This document shows positions 27,396-35,874 of a DNA stretch of 42,249 nt, piece by piece. Made by a program: the position numbers and the translations under genes. Position 1 is the first letter of the stretch; every line of letters starts with the position of its first letter. The notes beneath the pieces are model-generated. The model was not told the DNA's origin. It saw nothing but the letters and a program-made list of their open reading frames with translations, and ran no database searches. The DNA is from Chloroflexota bacterium (GTDB lineage: Bacteria > Chloroflexota > JAJPGV01): the NCBI GenBank assembly GCA_036844545.1, contig DAIUFO010000001.1:25559-67807 (forward strand). Direction: 5' to 3'.

Positions 27396-28733
27396 ATGGC
27401 AGCCGCTAACGACACGATCCGCAAAGTGGGGCACCTGCTGCGCAGGGCTGGTTTCGGCGCGACACCCGACGACCTCCAGGCCTATGCCGCCAAGGGCGTC
27501 GCCGCCACCGTGGAAGAGCTGGTCAACGACGACCAGAAGACGGACGAGCTGGGGACCACGCTGGATAAGGTCCAGGGCGACCTGGTGGACCTCCACAACC
27601 TGGAGGACATCCAGACGTGGTGGCTGTACCGCATGCTGCACACCAGCCGGCCACTGCAGGAAAAGATGACCCTGTTCTGGCACGGCCACTTCGCCACTTC
27701 CCAGTACAAGGTCAACAACGCCCTGTTCATGCACCAGCAGAACGAGACGTTGCGCAAGTACGCCCTGGGCAACTTCAAGGACCTTGCCACGGGCATGGCC
27801 AAAGACCCGGCCATGCTCATTTGGCTGGACGGCAACACCAACCGCAAGGGCGCCCCCAACGAGAACTTCGCCCGGGAGCTCATGGAGTTGTTCACGCTGG
27901 GCATCGGCAACTACAGCGAGGACGACGTGAAGGCCGGCGCCCGCGCCTTCAGCGGCTGGAACCTGAACGTCGCCCAGGGACGGTTCGTGTTCAACAAGAA
28001 CCAGCACGACGATGGTGAGAAGGCCTTCCGCGGGCTGAACGGGAACCTCAACGGCGACGACGTCATCGCCAATGTCGCGGCCGATCCCGCCACGGCCAAA
28101 CGCCTGGCCAGCAAGCTGTTCGCCTTCTTCGCCTACGACAACCCCGGGCCGCAAGTCGTACAGCCCTTCGCCGACCTCTACTTGAAGAGCAACTTCGAGA
28201 TCAAGCCGGTGGTCAAAGCCATCCTGCTGTCGGACGCGTTCTACTCCGACAAGGCATACACCGACCATGTGAAGAGCCCAGTGGAATACGTAGTCGGGAC
28301 CGTGAAGCAGCTGGGCGGCCAGGTACGCGAGCGAGCGCTGGCCCCGGCCCTGCGGCAGCTGGGGCAGGAGCTCTTCAACCCGCCGAATGTCGCCGGCTGG
28401 CCAGGCGGGCCGGCCTGGCTGGACGCCTCCACGGTAGCCAACCGCTTTAACTTCGGCGGTCTCTTGGCCGCGGCGGTCAAGAATGCGCCGAGCCCCAACG
28501 GCGGCGGCTACATCGACCCCGAGTCCTTCGTCCAGAAGCTGGGCAGCAAGAGCTGGGACGCCGTCATCGACTTCTTCGGTGGCAGCTTGACCTCGGGCCT
28601 GACCGACACGACGCGCTCGGCCCTTCTTGACTATGCCGGCAAAGCGCAGGACCCGCGCCCGCAAACCCTCGACACAAAACTCCGGGGCCTCATCCATCTG
28701 TTAATGGTCAGCCCCGAATACCAGGTGGCTTGA
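27396..28733 (+). CDS. DUF1800 family protein
   Basis: 445 aa. HLLRRAGFGATPDDL.., the WF.HFA-like MTLFWHGHFATS and RELMELFTLG. Confidence 0.85.
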   Translation: MAAANDTIRKVGHLLRRAGFGATPDDLQAYAAKGVAATVEELVNDDQKTDELGTTLDKVQGDLVDLHNLEDIQTWWLYRMLHTSRPLQEKMTLFWHGHFATSQYKVNNALFMHQQNETLRKYALGNFKDLATGMAKDPAMLIWLDGNTNRKGAPNENFARELMELFTLGIGNYSEDDVKAGARAFSGWNLNVAQGRFVFNKNQHDDGEKAFRGLNGNLNGDDVIANVAADPATAKRLASKLFAFFAYDNPGPQVVQPFADLYLKSNFEIKPVVKAILLSDAFYSDKAYTDHVKSPVEYVVGTVKQLGGQVRERALAPALRQLGQELFNPPNVAGWPGGPAWLDASTVANRFNFGGLLAAAVKNAPSPNGGGYIDPESFVQKLGSKSWDAVIDFFGGSLTSGLTDTTRSALLDYAGKAQDPRPQTLDTKLRGLIHLLMVSPEYQVA

Positions 28734-28734
28734 C

Positions 28735-30060
28735 ATGAACGCATCTCGTCGCAACTTCCTCAAAGGCATCGCGGCCGCCGCCGGGCTGGGTATCGCTGCC
28801 CCGTTGGCGTACCTGAAAACGAAGGAGATCAGGTCGGGAACGGCATTCCTGCCGTCGCCGAGCCCGGAGTCCCGAGCCCCGAGTCCGGCATCGTCTTCCG
28901 CTCCTGCCTTGGCATCGGCCTCGCCGAGCGCGCCAGCCAAGACGCAGCCGCGGTCGCTGGTGGTCATCCAGCTGGCCGGCGGCAACGACGGTCTGGCTAC
29001 GGTGCTGCCCTATGCCGACGGCGCGCTGCACGACAACCGCGGCACGCTCGCCTTCCCGGACGATCAGCTGCTGAAGCTGGACGGTAAAGTGGCGCTGCAT
29101 CCCAACCTGAAGGGCCTGAAGACGCTGTGGGACGACAAGAAGCTTGCGGTCGTCCAGGGCGTGGGCTATCCCAACCCCAATCGCTCGCACTTCGCCTCCA
29201 TGGACATCTGGGCCAGCGCCACGCCTGGCAAACCATCACAGAGCGGCTGGCTCGGCCGCTACCTCGATGCCGCCCAACTCCCCGCCGACAATCCCTTCAA
29301 CGCTGCCAGCGTCGGCGGCGCGCTGCCGTTCGCCCTCAAGTCGCAGAAGACGGTGGTGGCCAGCGTGCAGGATGCCAGCACCTTCCAGCTCCGCACCGAT
29401 CCGCGCCATCCCCAGGACCACGACGAGCTGATGGCTGCCTTCAAGCGCATCTACAGCCGCGGCCTCGGCGGCGCGACCTATTCCGAGCTGGTCGGCAAGG
29501 CGGAGTCGACGGCCGTCAGCGCCGCCGCCGAGCTGAAGGACCTGGCTACCAAATACCATTCCGCGGTCTCGTACCCGCAAACGCCATTGGGCCGCGGCCT
29601 CCAGAACGTCGCCCAGCTGATGAGTGGCGGCTTCGGCACGCGCGTCTACTACGTCCAGACCGGCGGCTTCGACACCCATGCCAACGAGAAGACCGGCCAC
29701 GACCGGCTCATGTCGCAGCTATCGGACGCTATCGCCGCCTTCTACCAGGACATCAAGGCGCAGGGCCTCTCCCAGAACGTGGCCATGATGACCTGGTCGG
29801 AGTTCGGCCGGCGCGTCAAAGAAAACGGCTCCGGCGGCACCGATCACGGCACCGCCGCGCCCCTGTTCGTCATCGGCGACGCCGTCAAAGGCGGCTTGGT
29901 GGGCGATCACCCATCTCTCACCAAGCTCGACACCAATGGCGACCTTGTGTTCGGCATCGACTTCCGCTCCGTCTACAACACCATCCTCACCAAATGGCTC
30001 GGCCTCGACGGCCAAGAAGTCCTCGGCCAGAAATTCGACGTGCTGCCGCTGTTTGGTTAG
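28735..30060 (+). CDS. DUF1501 family protein (sulfatase-like fold) with a Tat signal
   Basis: SRRNFLKGIAAAAGLG twin-arginine signal, then GGNDGL.., GGFDTH and GTDHG motifs. This is the usual partner of DUF1800. Confidence 0.85.
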   Translation: MNASRRNFLKGIAAAAGLGIAAPLAYLKTKEIRSGTAFLPSPSPESRAPSPASSSAPALASASPSAPAKTQPRSLVVIQLAGGNDGLATVLPYADGALHDNRGTLAFPDDQLLKLDGKVALHPNLKGLKTLWDDKKLAVVQGVGYPNPNRSHFASMDIWASATPGKPSQSGWLGRYLDAAQLPADNPFNAASVGGALPFALKSQKTVVASVQDASTFQLRTDPRHPQDHDELMAAFKRIYSRGLGGATYSELVGKAESTAVSAAAELKDLATKYHSAVSYPQTPLGRGLQNVAQLMSGGFGTRVYYVQTGGFDTHANEKTGHDRLMSQLSDAIAAFYQDIKAQGLSQNVAMMTWSEFGRRVKENGSGGTDHGTAAPLFVIGDAVKGGLVGDHPSLTKLDTNGDLVFGIDFRSVYNTILTKWLGLDGQEVLGQKFDVLPLFG

Positions 30061-30602
30061 AGGAACAGATCGGACACTGGCATCGAGATGCCAGGCAGCA
30101 GTGGACACGTGAGTTCGTCCTCGGTTGTCAGCAAGCGCTCGGGACGGTACACGCCCTCAACCAACTCGTAGGGCTGGACCGTCTGCGCCTTGGCGTCGAC
30201 GATGTAATAGAACGGGACCCCAAATCGCGCGTACAGCTGCATCTTGACGCCGAGATCCCGGCGCCGCGTGCTCGGCGAGAGAACCTCGACCAGGATATCG
30301 GGGGCGCCTTGGATGTTGACCTCGGTGATGATGTTCGCCCGCTCATTGGTGATGAAGACCACGTCCGGCACGACGACATTGAACCGATCAAAGGCGACAT
30401 CAATGGGCGCTGAGAAACCGATGCCGAGGCCCGCCCGCTCGGCGTGCATAAAGTAGCCGGAGAAGTTCCAGGACGCACGCTGGTGCGGCGGGAACGGCGA
30501 CGCGCTCACGAGGAGTTCGCCGTCGATGATCTCGTAGCGCTTCCCATCATCGGGCGTTTCGAGTAGGTCCTCATAGGTGAGCTTGGGTGAAATCACTGCC
30601 AT
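30057..30602 (-). CDS. Uma2 family (DUF820) PD-(D/E)xK endonuclease-like protein
   Basis: YEIIDGELLVSASP.., APDILVEVLSPSTRRRDLGVKMQLYARFGVPFYYIVD. The start is probably ATG 30602 (MAVISPKL..). Confidence 0.8.
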   Translation of the reverse strand: MAVISPKLTYEDLLETPDDGKRYEIIDGELLVSASPFPPHQRASWNFSGYFMHAERAGLGIGFSAPIDVAFDRFNVVVPDVVFITNERANIITEVNIQGAPDILVEVLSPSTRRRDLGVKMQLYARFGVPFYYIVDAKAQTVQPYELVEGVYRPERLLTTEDELTCPLLPGISMPVSDLFL

Positions 30603-30745
30603 GGGCGACTCGCCTGTAAGTATCACACGCCTAACCGGTCCCTATACTGTCCCTAATGAGTTCCCCCCAGGCCGGGCTGGCCGAGGGCGTTCCTGTCGAG
30701 TTCCAACCCATCGCCGAGACCCGCGCGGAGCTGCTGCGGGAAGAG

Positions 30746-31987
30746 ATGAGCGTGCCTTCGGGCCGCGTCGTCATCACCGGCCTGGGGAGTGTCAGCCCGC
30801 TGGGGCCGGATGTGGCCAGCACCTGGGCAGCGGCCGTGGCCGGTAAGTCCGGCGCCGGACCGATCACCCTGTTCGATGCCGCCGAGTACGACACGCGCAT
30901 TGCCTGCGAAGTGACGGACTGGGATCCCAGCCTGTATCTCGATCGCAAGGAGGTTCGCCGCACGGACCGCGTGGTCCAGTTCGCCATCGGCGCCGCCGTG
31001 CAGGCCTTGAAGGACGGCTGCCTGGAGATTACGCCGGACAACGCCCAGGACATCGGCGTGATAATCGCCACCGGCGTCGGGGGCATCGGTACCCTGAGCG
31101 AGCAGTTCAAGGTGCTCATGGAACGCGGGCCCAGCCGCGTCAGCCCCTTCCTGATCCCCATGTTCATCAGCAACATGACCGCTGGCCAGGTGTCCATCGT
31201 CACTGGCGCGCGCGGCCCGAATTTCACGATTACCAGCGCCTGCGCCAGCAGCGGCCACTCTATCGGCGAGTCAGCCGAGATCATCCGCCGCGGCGACGCG
31301 ATGATGATGCTGGCCGGCGGCGCCGAGGCGGCCATCGTGCCCATCGGCGTGAGCGGCTTCTGCGCCGAGAAGGCGATGTCCACCCGCAATGACGACCCAC
31401 AACGGGCCTCCCGCCCCTTCGACGCCGGCCGCGACGGCTTCGTGATCGGCGAGGGTGGCACCGTTCTGCTCCTCGAGGACCTCGACCATGCGCTGGCTCG
31501 CGGCGCGCGCATCTATGCCGAGGTGGCGGGGTACGCCGCCAATGCCGACGCCTACCATTTCACCGCCCCGCTCACCGATGGCGCCGTCCAGGCTATGCGA
31601 CGGGCTATGCACAAAGCCCACCTCAGTCCGGAGCACATCGACTACATCAACGCCCATGGCACGTCCACCGACATCGGCGACAAGAGCGAAACCGTGGCCA
31701 TCCACGAGGTCTTTGGCGATCGCGCCAAGGTCCTGCCGGTCAGCTCCACCAAGTCGATGCACGGCCATTTGCTGGGCGGCGCGGGCGCGCTCGAGACCCT
31801 GATGTGCGTGATGGCCATCCAGGATCAGGTGCTGCCGCCCACCATCAATTACGAGCAGCCGGACCCGGAATGCGACCTCGACTACGTGCCCAACGTCGCC
31901 CGCTCAGCCAAGGTCGATGTGGCCCTCAACAACACCTTCGGCTTCGGCGGCCACAACGCCTCGGTCATCGTCAAGCGCTACGTCTGA
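30746..31987 (+). CDS. fabF: beta-ketoacyl-ACP synthase II
   Basis: RVVITGLGSVSPLG, the active-site Cys ITSACASSGH and HGTST../GHLLGGAG. ATG 30746 (SD GGGAAGAG) gives 413 aa, the same as canonical FabF. Confidence 0.93.
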   Translation: MSVPSGRVVITGLGSVSPLGPDVASTWAAAVAGKSGAGPITLFDAAEYDTRIACEVTDWDPSLYLDRKEVRRTDRVVQFAIGAAVQALKDGCLEITPDNAQDIGVIIATGVGGIGTLSEQFKVLMERGPSRVSPFLIPMFISNMTAGQVSIVTGARGPNFTITSACASSGHSIGESAEIIRRGDAMMMLAGGAEAAIVPIGVSGFCAEKAMSTRNDDPQRASRPFDAGRDGFVIGEGGTVLLLEDLDHALARGARIYAEVAGYAANADAYHFTAPLTDGAVQAMRRAMHKAHLSPEHIDYINAHGTSTDIGDKSETVAIHEVFGDRAKVLPVSSTKSMHGHLLGGAGALETLMCVMAIQDQVLPPTINYEQPDPECDLDYVPNVARSAKVDVALNNTFGFGGHNASVIVKRYV

Positions 31988-32672
31988 CCTCAGCAAGCTC
32001 GAGCAAGCCTGCGGCGTCGCCTTCCACGATCGCGATCTGCTGCGGCAAGCCATGGCCCACCGCTCGTACCTCTACGAGCACCCGGACGCCGGCCTCGACT
32101 CCAATGAGCGGCTGGAGTATCTCGGCGACGCCGTCCTGACCTACATCAGCAGCGTCTACTTGTACCGCCTCTTTCCCGCCTTTCAGGAAGGCCAGCTCAC
32201 ATCGGTGCGGGCCGCGGCCGTGCGCGCCGAGACCCTTGCCAAGTTCGCCCGCGAGATCGATCTCGGCGAGTACCTGCTGCTGGGCCGCGGCGAGGAGAAG
32301 AGCGGCGGCCGTTCCCGCCCGCTGCTGCTGTCCAGCGGCTTCGAGGCGCTCACCGGCGCCATCCTGCTGGACCAGGGTCTCGATGCCGTGACCACCTTCC
32401 TGCACCGCTTCCTCACTCCGGAGGTCGAAGAGATCGTCGCCGAGAAGCGCCACGAGAACTTCAAGTCGCGCCTCCAGGAGCTGACCCAGGGCAGCATGCA
32501 GGCGACTCCCATCTACCGCACCACGCGCACCTCCGGCCCCAGCCACGCCCGCACCTTCGACGTCGAGGTGCTGGTCAACGACGAAGTCGCCGGCCAAGGT
32601 TCCGGCCACAGCAAACGCGAAGCCCAACAAGCCGCCGCCCGCGCCGCGCTGGGGCGGCTGGAGGGGGACTGA
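31917..32672 (+). CDS. rnc: ribonuclease III
   Basis: Signature NERLEYLGDAVL, followed by a C-terminal dsRBD (GPSHARTF.V.V...GQGSGHSKREAQQAAA). The only canonical start upstream of the conserved N-terminus is ATG 31917, which overlaps fabF by 71 nt. Confidence 0.85.
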   Translation: MWPSTTPSASAATTPRSSSSATSDLSKLEQACGVAFHDRDLLRQAMAHRSYLYEHPDAGLDSNERLEYLGDAVLTYISSVYLYRLFPAFQEGQLTSVRAAAVRAETLAKFAREIDLGEYLLLGRGEEKSGGRSRPLLLSSGFEALTGAILLDQGLDAVTTFLHRFLTPEVEEIVAEKRHENFKSRLQELTQGSMQATPIYRTTRTSGPSHARTFDVEVLVNDEVAGQGSGHSKREAQQAAARAALGRLEGD

Positions 32673-32680
32673 GGAGCGAG

Positions 32681-33349
32681 ATGTCCAGCGTCCATGTCAT
32701 TCCGCTCGACTTATTGGGTCATCCGCATGGGGATGGACTGTATGAGGTCCACGAATGGCGGAACGCCGCCGCCATCCTGCAGGAGGTGTATCCCGAAGCA
32801 TGGCGAGACGTGCTCGAGGTACTCCGGGCGTTCCGGCTCTCACGGAACGACATCCTCACCCCTGGCGGTGGCAAATCGCCGATTGCTTCAAAGCTGGACA
32901 GCGCCTTCTATGCACGCGGTTGGCAAGAAAAGCGCTTCGAGACTCACATTACGGTGGACCAGACCAGCTACGACTCACCGACCCATCAAGTGGACTGCCT
33001 GAAGGCGAAGGTCGCGCTCGAAGTCGAATGGTCGAATAAGGACACCTTCTTCGACCGGGACCTCAACAACTTCCGGCTGCTCTTCGATTTGCGGGCGATT
33101 GACGTTGGCGTCATCGTCACCCGCAGCGATGATCTACAAGCCCTCTTCAATGAGGTCGGCAAGGGCAAAAGCTACGGACAATCCACGACGCACATGAGCA
33201 AGTTGCTACCTCGCCTCGAAGGCGGCGGCGGTGGCGGCTGTCCCGTCCTGGTCTTCGGTATCAACCGCAAGCTCTACGTCGATGACGGCCTCACGGCGGA
33301 GCCTGCGGTCACATCCGCGGGACCAAAGGATGAAAATCCCCAGCCGTAG
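32681..33349 (+). CDS. type II restriction endonuclease, BglII/BamHI-like fold
   Basis: 222 aa. VDCLKAKVALEVEWSNKDTFFDRDLNNFRLLF aligns with the BglII core IDFGKRDTLVEVQFSNYPFLLNN (D-x8-E-x-[QE]). It lies next to a DNA methyltransferase. Confidence 0.7.
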   Translation: MSSVHVIPLDLLGHPHGDGLYEVHEWRNAAAILQEVYPEAWRDVLEVLRAFRLSRNDILTPGGGKSPIASKLDSAFYARGWQEKRFETHITVDQTSYDSPTHQVDCLKAKVALEVEWSNKDTFFDRDLNNFRLLFDLRAIDVGVIVTRSDDLQALFNEVGKGKSYGQSTTHMSKLLPRLEGGGGGGCPVLVFGINRKLYVDDGLTAEPAVTSAGPKDENPQP

Positions 33350-33367
33350 TAGGATCCCGGCCAACTC

Positions 33368-34072
33368 ATGACCGAAGCACTGGCCTACGCCGACTCCCAA
33401 CCCAACCTCGAAGAATCCCTGCTGGACTTCGCCGCCGGGCGTCGATGGTCCACTCTCTACGCCGATCCCCCGTGGCAATTCGCCAACAAGACCGGGAAGG
33501 TGGGTCCCGAACACCGCCGGCTATTCCGGTACGAGACCATGACGAACGAAGGGATCATGGCCCTACCAGTGGCGGAAGTCGTCACGGCTCCATCCCACCT
33601 CTATTTGTGGGTGCCGACCGCGCTCATTCCCACAGGAATCGCAACGATGGAAAGTTGGGGCTTTCGCTATATCTCGGCCCTTTACTGGCACAAGCTTCGC
33701 AAAGACGGCTGCTCGGACGGTCGCGGAGTAGGCTTTTACTTCCGCAACGTCGTTGAACCCTGCCTGTTTGGAGTCCGCGGCAACATGCGTACGCTGGCCC
33801 CTGGTCGCAGCCAAGTGAATTATTTGGGAACGAGAAAGCGCGAGCACAGCCGCAAACCCGACGAGTTCTACTCCATCTTCATCGAGCGCTGCTCACCTGG
33901 ACCGTACTTGGAGCTGTTCGCTCGTGGCCCGGCACGAGCAGGCTGGGACGCCTGGGGCAACCAAGCAGGATTACCGCTGGCAAACGGCCACCCCATGTAT
34001 CGAGGTGAGCCCGCACAACCACGCCTGCTTGCCGAGAGGCGTGCCCCTATCCCGGCGACGGCGACCGAATGA
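33368..34072 (+). CDS. MT-A70 family DNA N6-adenine methyltransferase
   Basis: Catalytic motif YADPPWQF, then HLYLWVP and EHSRKPDEFY, all typical of MT-A70. Confidence 0.85.
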   Translation: MTEALAYADSQPNLEESLLDFAAGRRWSTLYADPPWQFANKTGKVGPEHRRLFRYETMTNEGIMALPVAEVVTAPSHLYLWVPTALIPTGIATMESWGFRYISALYWHKLRKDGCSDGRGVGFYFRNVVEPCLFGVRGNMRTLAPGRSQVNYLGTRKREHSRKPDEFYSIFIERCSPGPYLELFARGPARAGWDAWGNQAGLPLANGHPMYRGEPAQPRLLAERRAPIPATATE

Positions 34073-34290
34073 AACCGACCCTTGTGATTCGCTTGGAAAG
34101 CGGCATCCCCAGCGTCTATCTTGACTCGCCACTCGACCTGGACATCGTTATCGACGACAGCGATGACTACCGACAAGGCCTGGCCTGTATACCGGCTTTT
34201 TTCCTGGAACCTGAAGTTAATCCGGAGGAGGTTTCCGCGAGTATCGCGTTGGCCTTAACCCAAGAAATCCCCGGCGCCGAACTTCCGTAA
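34069..34290 (+). CDS. small acidic hypothetical protein (73 aa), start overlaps the methyltransferase stop (ATGA)
   Basis: ORF with ATGA coupling. It is Asp/Glu-rich (DLDIVIDDSDDY, EPEVNPEE). No homology was recognised. Its 3' end overlaps the convergent HAD gene by 36 nt. Confidence 0.35.
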   Translation: MKPTLVIRLESGIPSVYLDSPLDLDIVIDDSDDYRQGLACIPAFFLEPEVNPEEVSASIALALTQEIPGAELP

Positions 34291-34911
34291 ATCGCCAATT
34301 GCCCCGACCTCGATATCGGGGTTCGGCTTCAGCTCGGGGTCGGCTTGGGCGTAGTGGCCTTGCAGGACGTGGACGGTGGCGAAGCGGTCCGGGTAGGAGG
34401 ACTTGAGGGCGGCGAGGATGCGGCGCTTGTCGTCAACCATCACGTAGCGGTCGGCTGGGACGCGCTCGACCACCTCGGAGATGCTTTTTTCCTTGTGGGT
34501 GTAGATGAACACCTGCCCGCCAACGGCTTCGGTAATGCCAGCCTCGGCGATCTTGCGCGGCTGGAAGACGGTGTCGCCGTCGGACACGACCACTGTCGTG
34601 CCGAACGTGCGCAGGTGATGGATGGTCTCCAGCGTGTGGGGGTAGAGGTGCTTGTCGAAACGGTAGTCGTTCAGCAGGTGGCACAGCTTGTTGAACGTCG
34701 GCTCGTCTTTGAAGCCATCGTGGAATCGCTCCAGCGTGCCCAAGAAATCGACCACGTCCCGCTCGTGGCGGACGGCCTCGTACAGGTCCCAGAAGCGCTG
34801 CTCGTCCGCAGGCTCGAGGAAGCCGTGCATGCCCCGCGCGAGATCGTCCTTCACGAAGTCGTTGTCCAGCAGCGTGTTGTCGACGTCCAGCAGGAAAACG
34901 AGCTCAGCCAT
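34255..34911 (-). CDS. HAD superfamily hydrolase
   Basis: Motif I LLDVDNTLLDN, and later VVVSDGD and MVDDK. The start is placed at ATG 34911 (MAELVFLL..). Confidence 0.8.
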   Translation of the reverse strand: MAELVFLLDVDNTLLDNDFVKDDLARGMHGFLEPADEQRFWDLYEAVRHERDVVDFLGTLERFHDGFKDEPTFNKLCHLLNDYRFDKHLYPHTLETIHHLRTFGTTVVVSDGDTVFQPRKIAEAGITEAVGGQVFIYTHKEKSISEVVERVPADRYVMVDDKRRILAALKSSYPDRFATVHVLQGHYAQADPELKPNPDIEVGAIGDLRKFGAGDFLG

Positions 34912-35776
34912 TGGCTGGCTTCTGGACCGGCGGCGGCGCAATCGTCACCGGCCGGTTGATGTTAACAAGGTCCATGTGGCTCACGATCGGGGACACCCCT
35001 GCTCCGTTGTTCACGCGCATGGTAAAGGCCGCTTTCACGATGGCGCCGCTGGCCGCGTCCAGCCAGACGTCGCCAGTCGTCGGATCATACGTGGTGGACG
35101 AGATCGCGCCGAAGCTCACTGCCCGGCCGGCTTTCCAGGTGAGCACGAAGTGGTTGGCCCGCACGCCGTTGGCCGTTTCCGTGCCCTTGAACACCGCCGC
35201 GTCGGGATGGTCAAACCAATCGCGGGCGAATGCCTCAGCCACCTCGAGCACACCTGCCTGGGGAGGCGGCGTCGAGCCGCTGTCGACGATCGGGGAGCCG
35301 CCCACGCTGGAGAAGTAGCGGCCGTTCACGAAGTACAGCTCCAGTGGCGGGCTCAGCGGCACCGCCAGGCTGGCGTGGTAATTGGGTGTGGCCTCATCCA
35401 CCATCACGTTGTAGTCAAAGCCGTCGGCGTTGACGTCGAACTGGAGCCGGTAGTAGCGGATGGAAGACAGCCGCTCGTAGGCATTGGGTGGATAGGTCGG
35501 GGTGGGCGTCCGGGTGGGCGTTGGCAGCGGCGTGTTGGTCGGCGCCGGCGTGGGCGTGTCCGGAGGAGGCGTCGGCGTGGGCGGCACGGTATTCGTGGGC
35601 ACCGGCGTATCGGTCGGCTGAGGCGTTTGGGTCGGCACATCCGTTGGCGCCGGCGGCGGTCCGGCCGACTGCGTGGGCGCCTGAACCTGGGGTGGCGCGG
35701 CCTGGGCGCCGCAAGCCGAAAGCAACGCTGTCGCCAGCAGACAGCTTCCGAAAGAGAATCCTGACGTTCGTATCAT
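34904..35776 (-). CDS. hypothetical lipoprotein with a long Pro/Thr-rich linker
   Basis: Lipobox LLSAC, about 70 aa of PT-rich linker, then a roughly 190-aa globular domain. It overlaps the HAD start by 8 nt (ATGGCTGA). Confidence 0.7.
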   Translation of the reverse strand: MIRTSGFSFGSCLLATALLSACGAQAAPPQVQAPTQSAGPPPAPTDVPTQTPQPTDTPVPTNTVPPTPTPPPDTPTPAPTNTPLPTPTRTPTPTYPPNAYERLSSIRYYRLQFDVNADGFDYNVMVDEATPNYHASLAVPLSPPLELYFVNGRYFSSVGGSPIVDSGSTPPPQAGVLEVAEAFARDWFDHPDAAVFKGTETANGVRANHFVLTWKAGRAVSFGAISSTTYDPTTGDVWLDAASGAIVKAAFTMRVNNGAGVSPIVSHMDLVNINRPVTIAPPPVQKPANG

Positions 35777-35819
35777 GCTCGAACGGCCCCCGCCTCAAGT
35801 GTAGGCACGCGCCTGGGTC

Positions 35820-35834
35820 TGGCAGCGGGATTGC
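35820..35834 (+). promoter_or_regulatory. candidate sigma-54 -24/-12 promoter TGGCAG-CGGGA-TTGC
   Basis: Exact GG-N10-GC spacing with TGGCA and TTGC cores. It is intergenic and lies about 40 nt upstream of ATG 35875. Confidence 0.3.
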
Positions 35835-35874
35835 GAGCCAGCGGGCCATTCCTTGCTGCCGTACCCTTAAGGGC

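Noticed and set aside
27396-30060. DUF1800/DUF1501 pair as a candidate novel system
   Set aside because: This two-gene pairing is a widely recurring, already catalogued arrangement of unknown function. Nothing about this copy looked unusual.
32681-34072. Inferring the R-M recognition site from avoidance of GGATCC or AGATCT
   Set aside because: Both hexamers occur several times in the window (for example GGATCC at 235-240 and AGATCT at 16058-16063). By-eye counts are too unreliable for an avoidance argument.
35480-35700. Repetitive CCG/ACG-rich DNA as a possible tandem repeat or VNTR
   Set aside because: It is the coding sequence of a Pro/Thr-rich linker (minus strand). It is low-complexity but has no exact repeat unit.
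35488-35874. Upstream extension of the 844-aa ORF (molybdopterin subunit)
   Set aside because: It is antisense to the PT-rich lipoprotein gene and low in complexity. Family-like sequence starts at MSSALTVVGTSGPRVDG (ATG 35875).
35777-35874. Possible Moco riboswitch upstream of the molybdopterin enzyme gene
   Set aside because: The region is only 98 nt and also serves as a divergent promoter region. No recognisable Moco-motif helices were seen.
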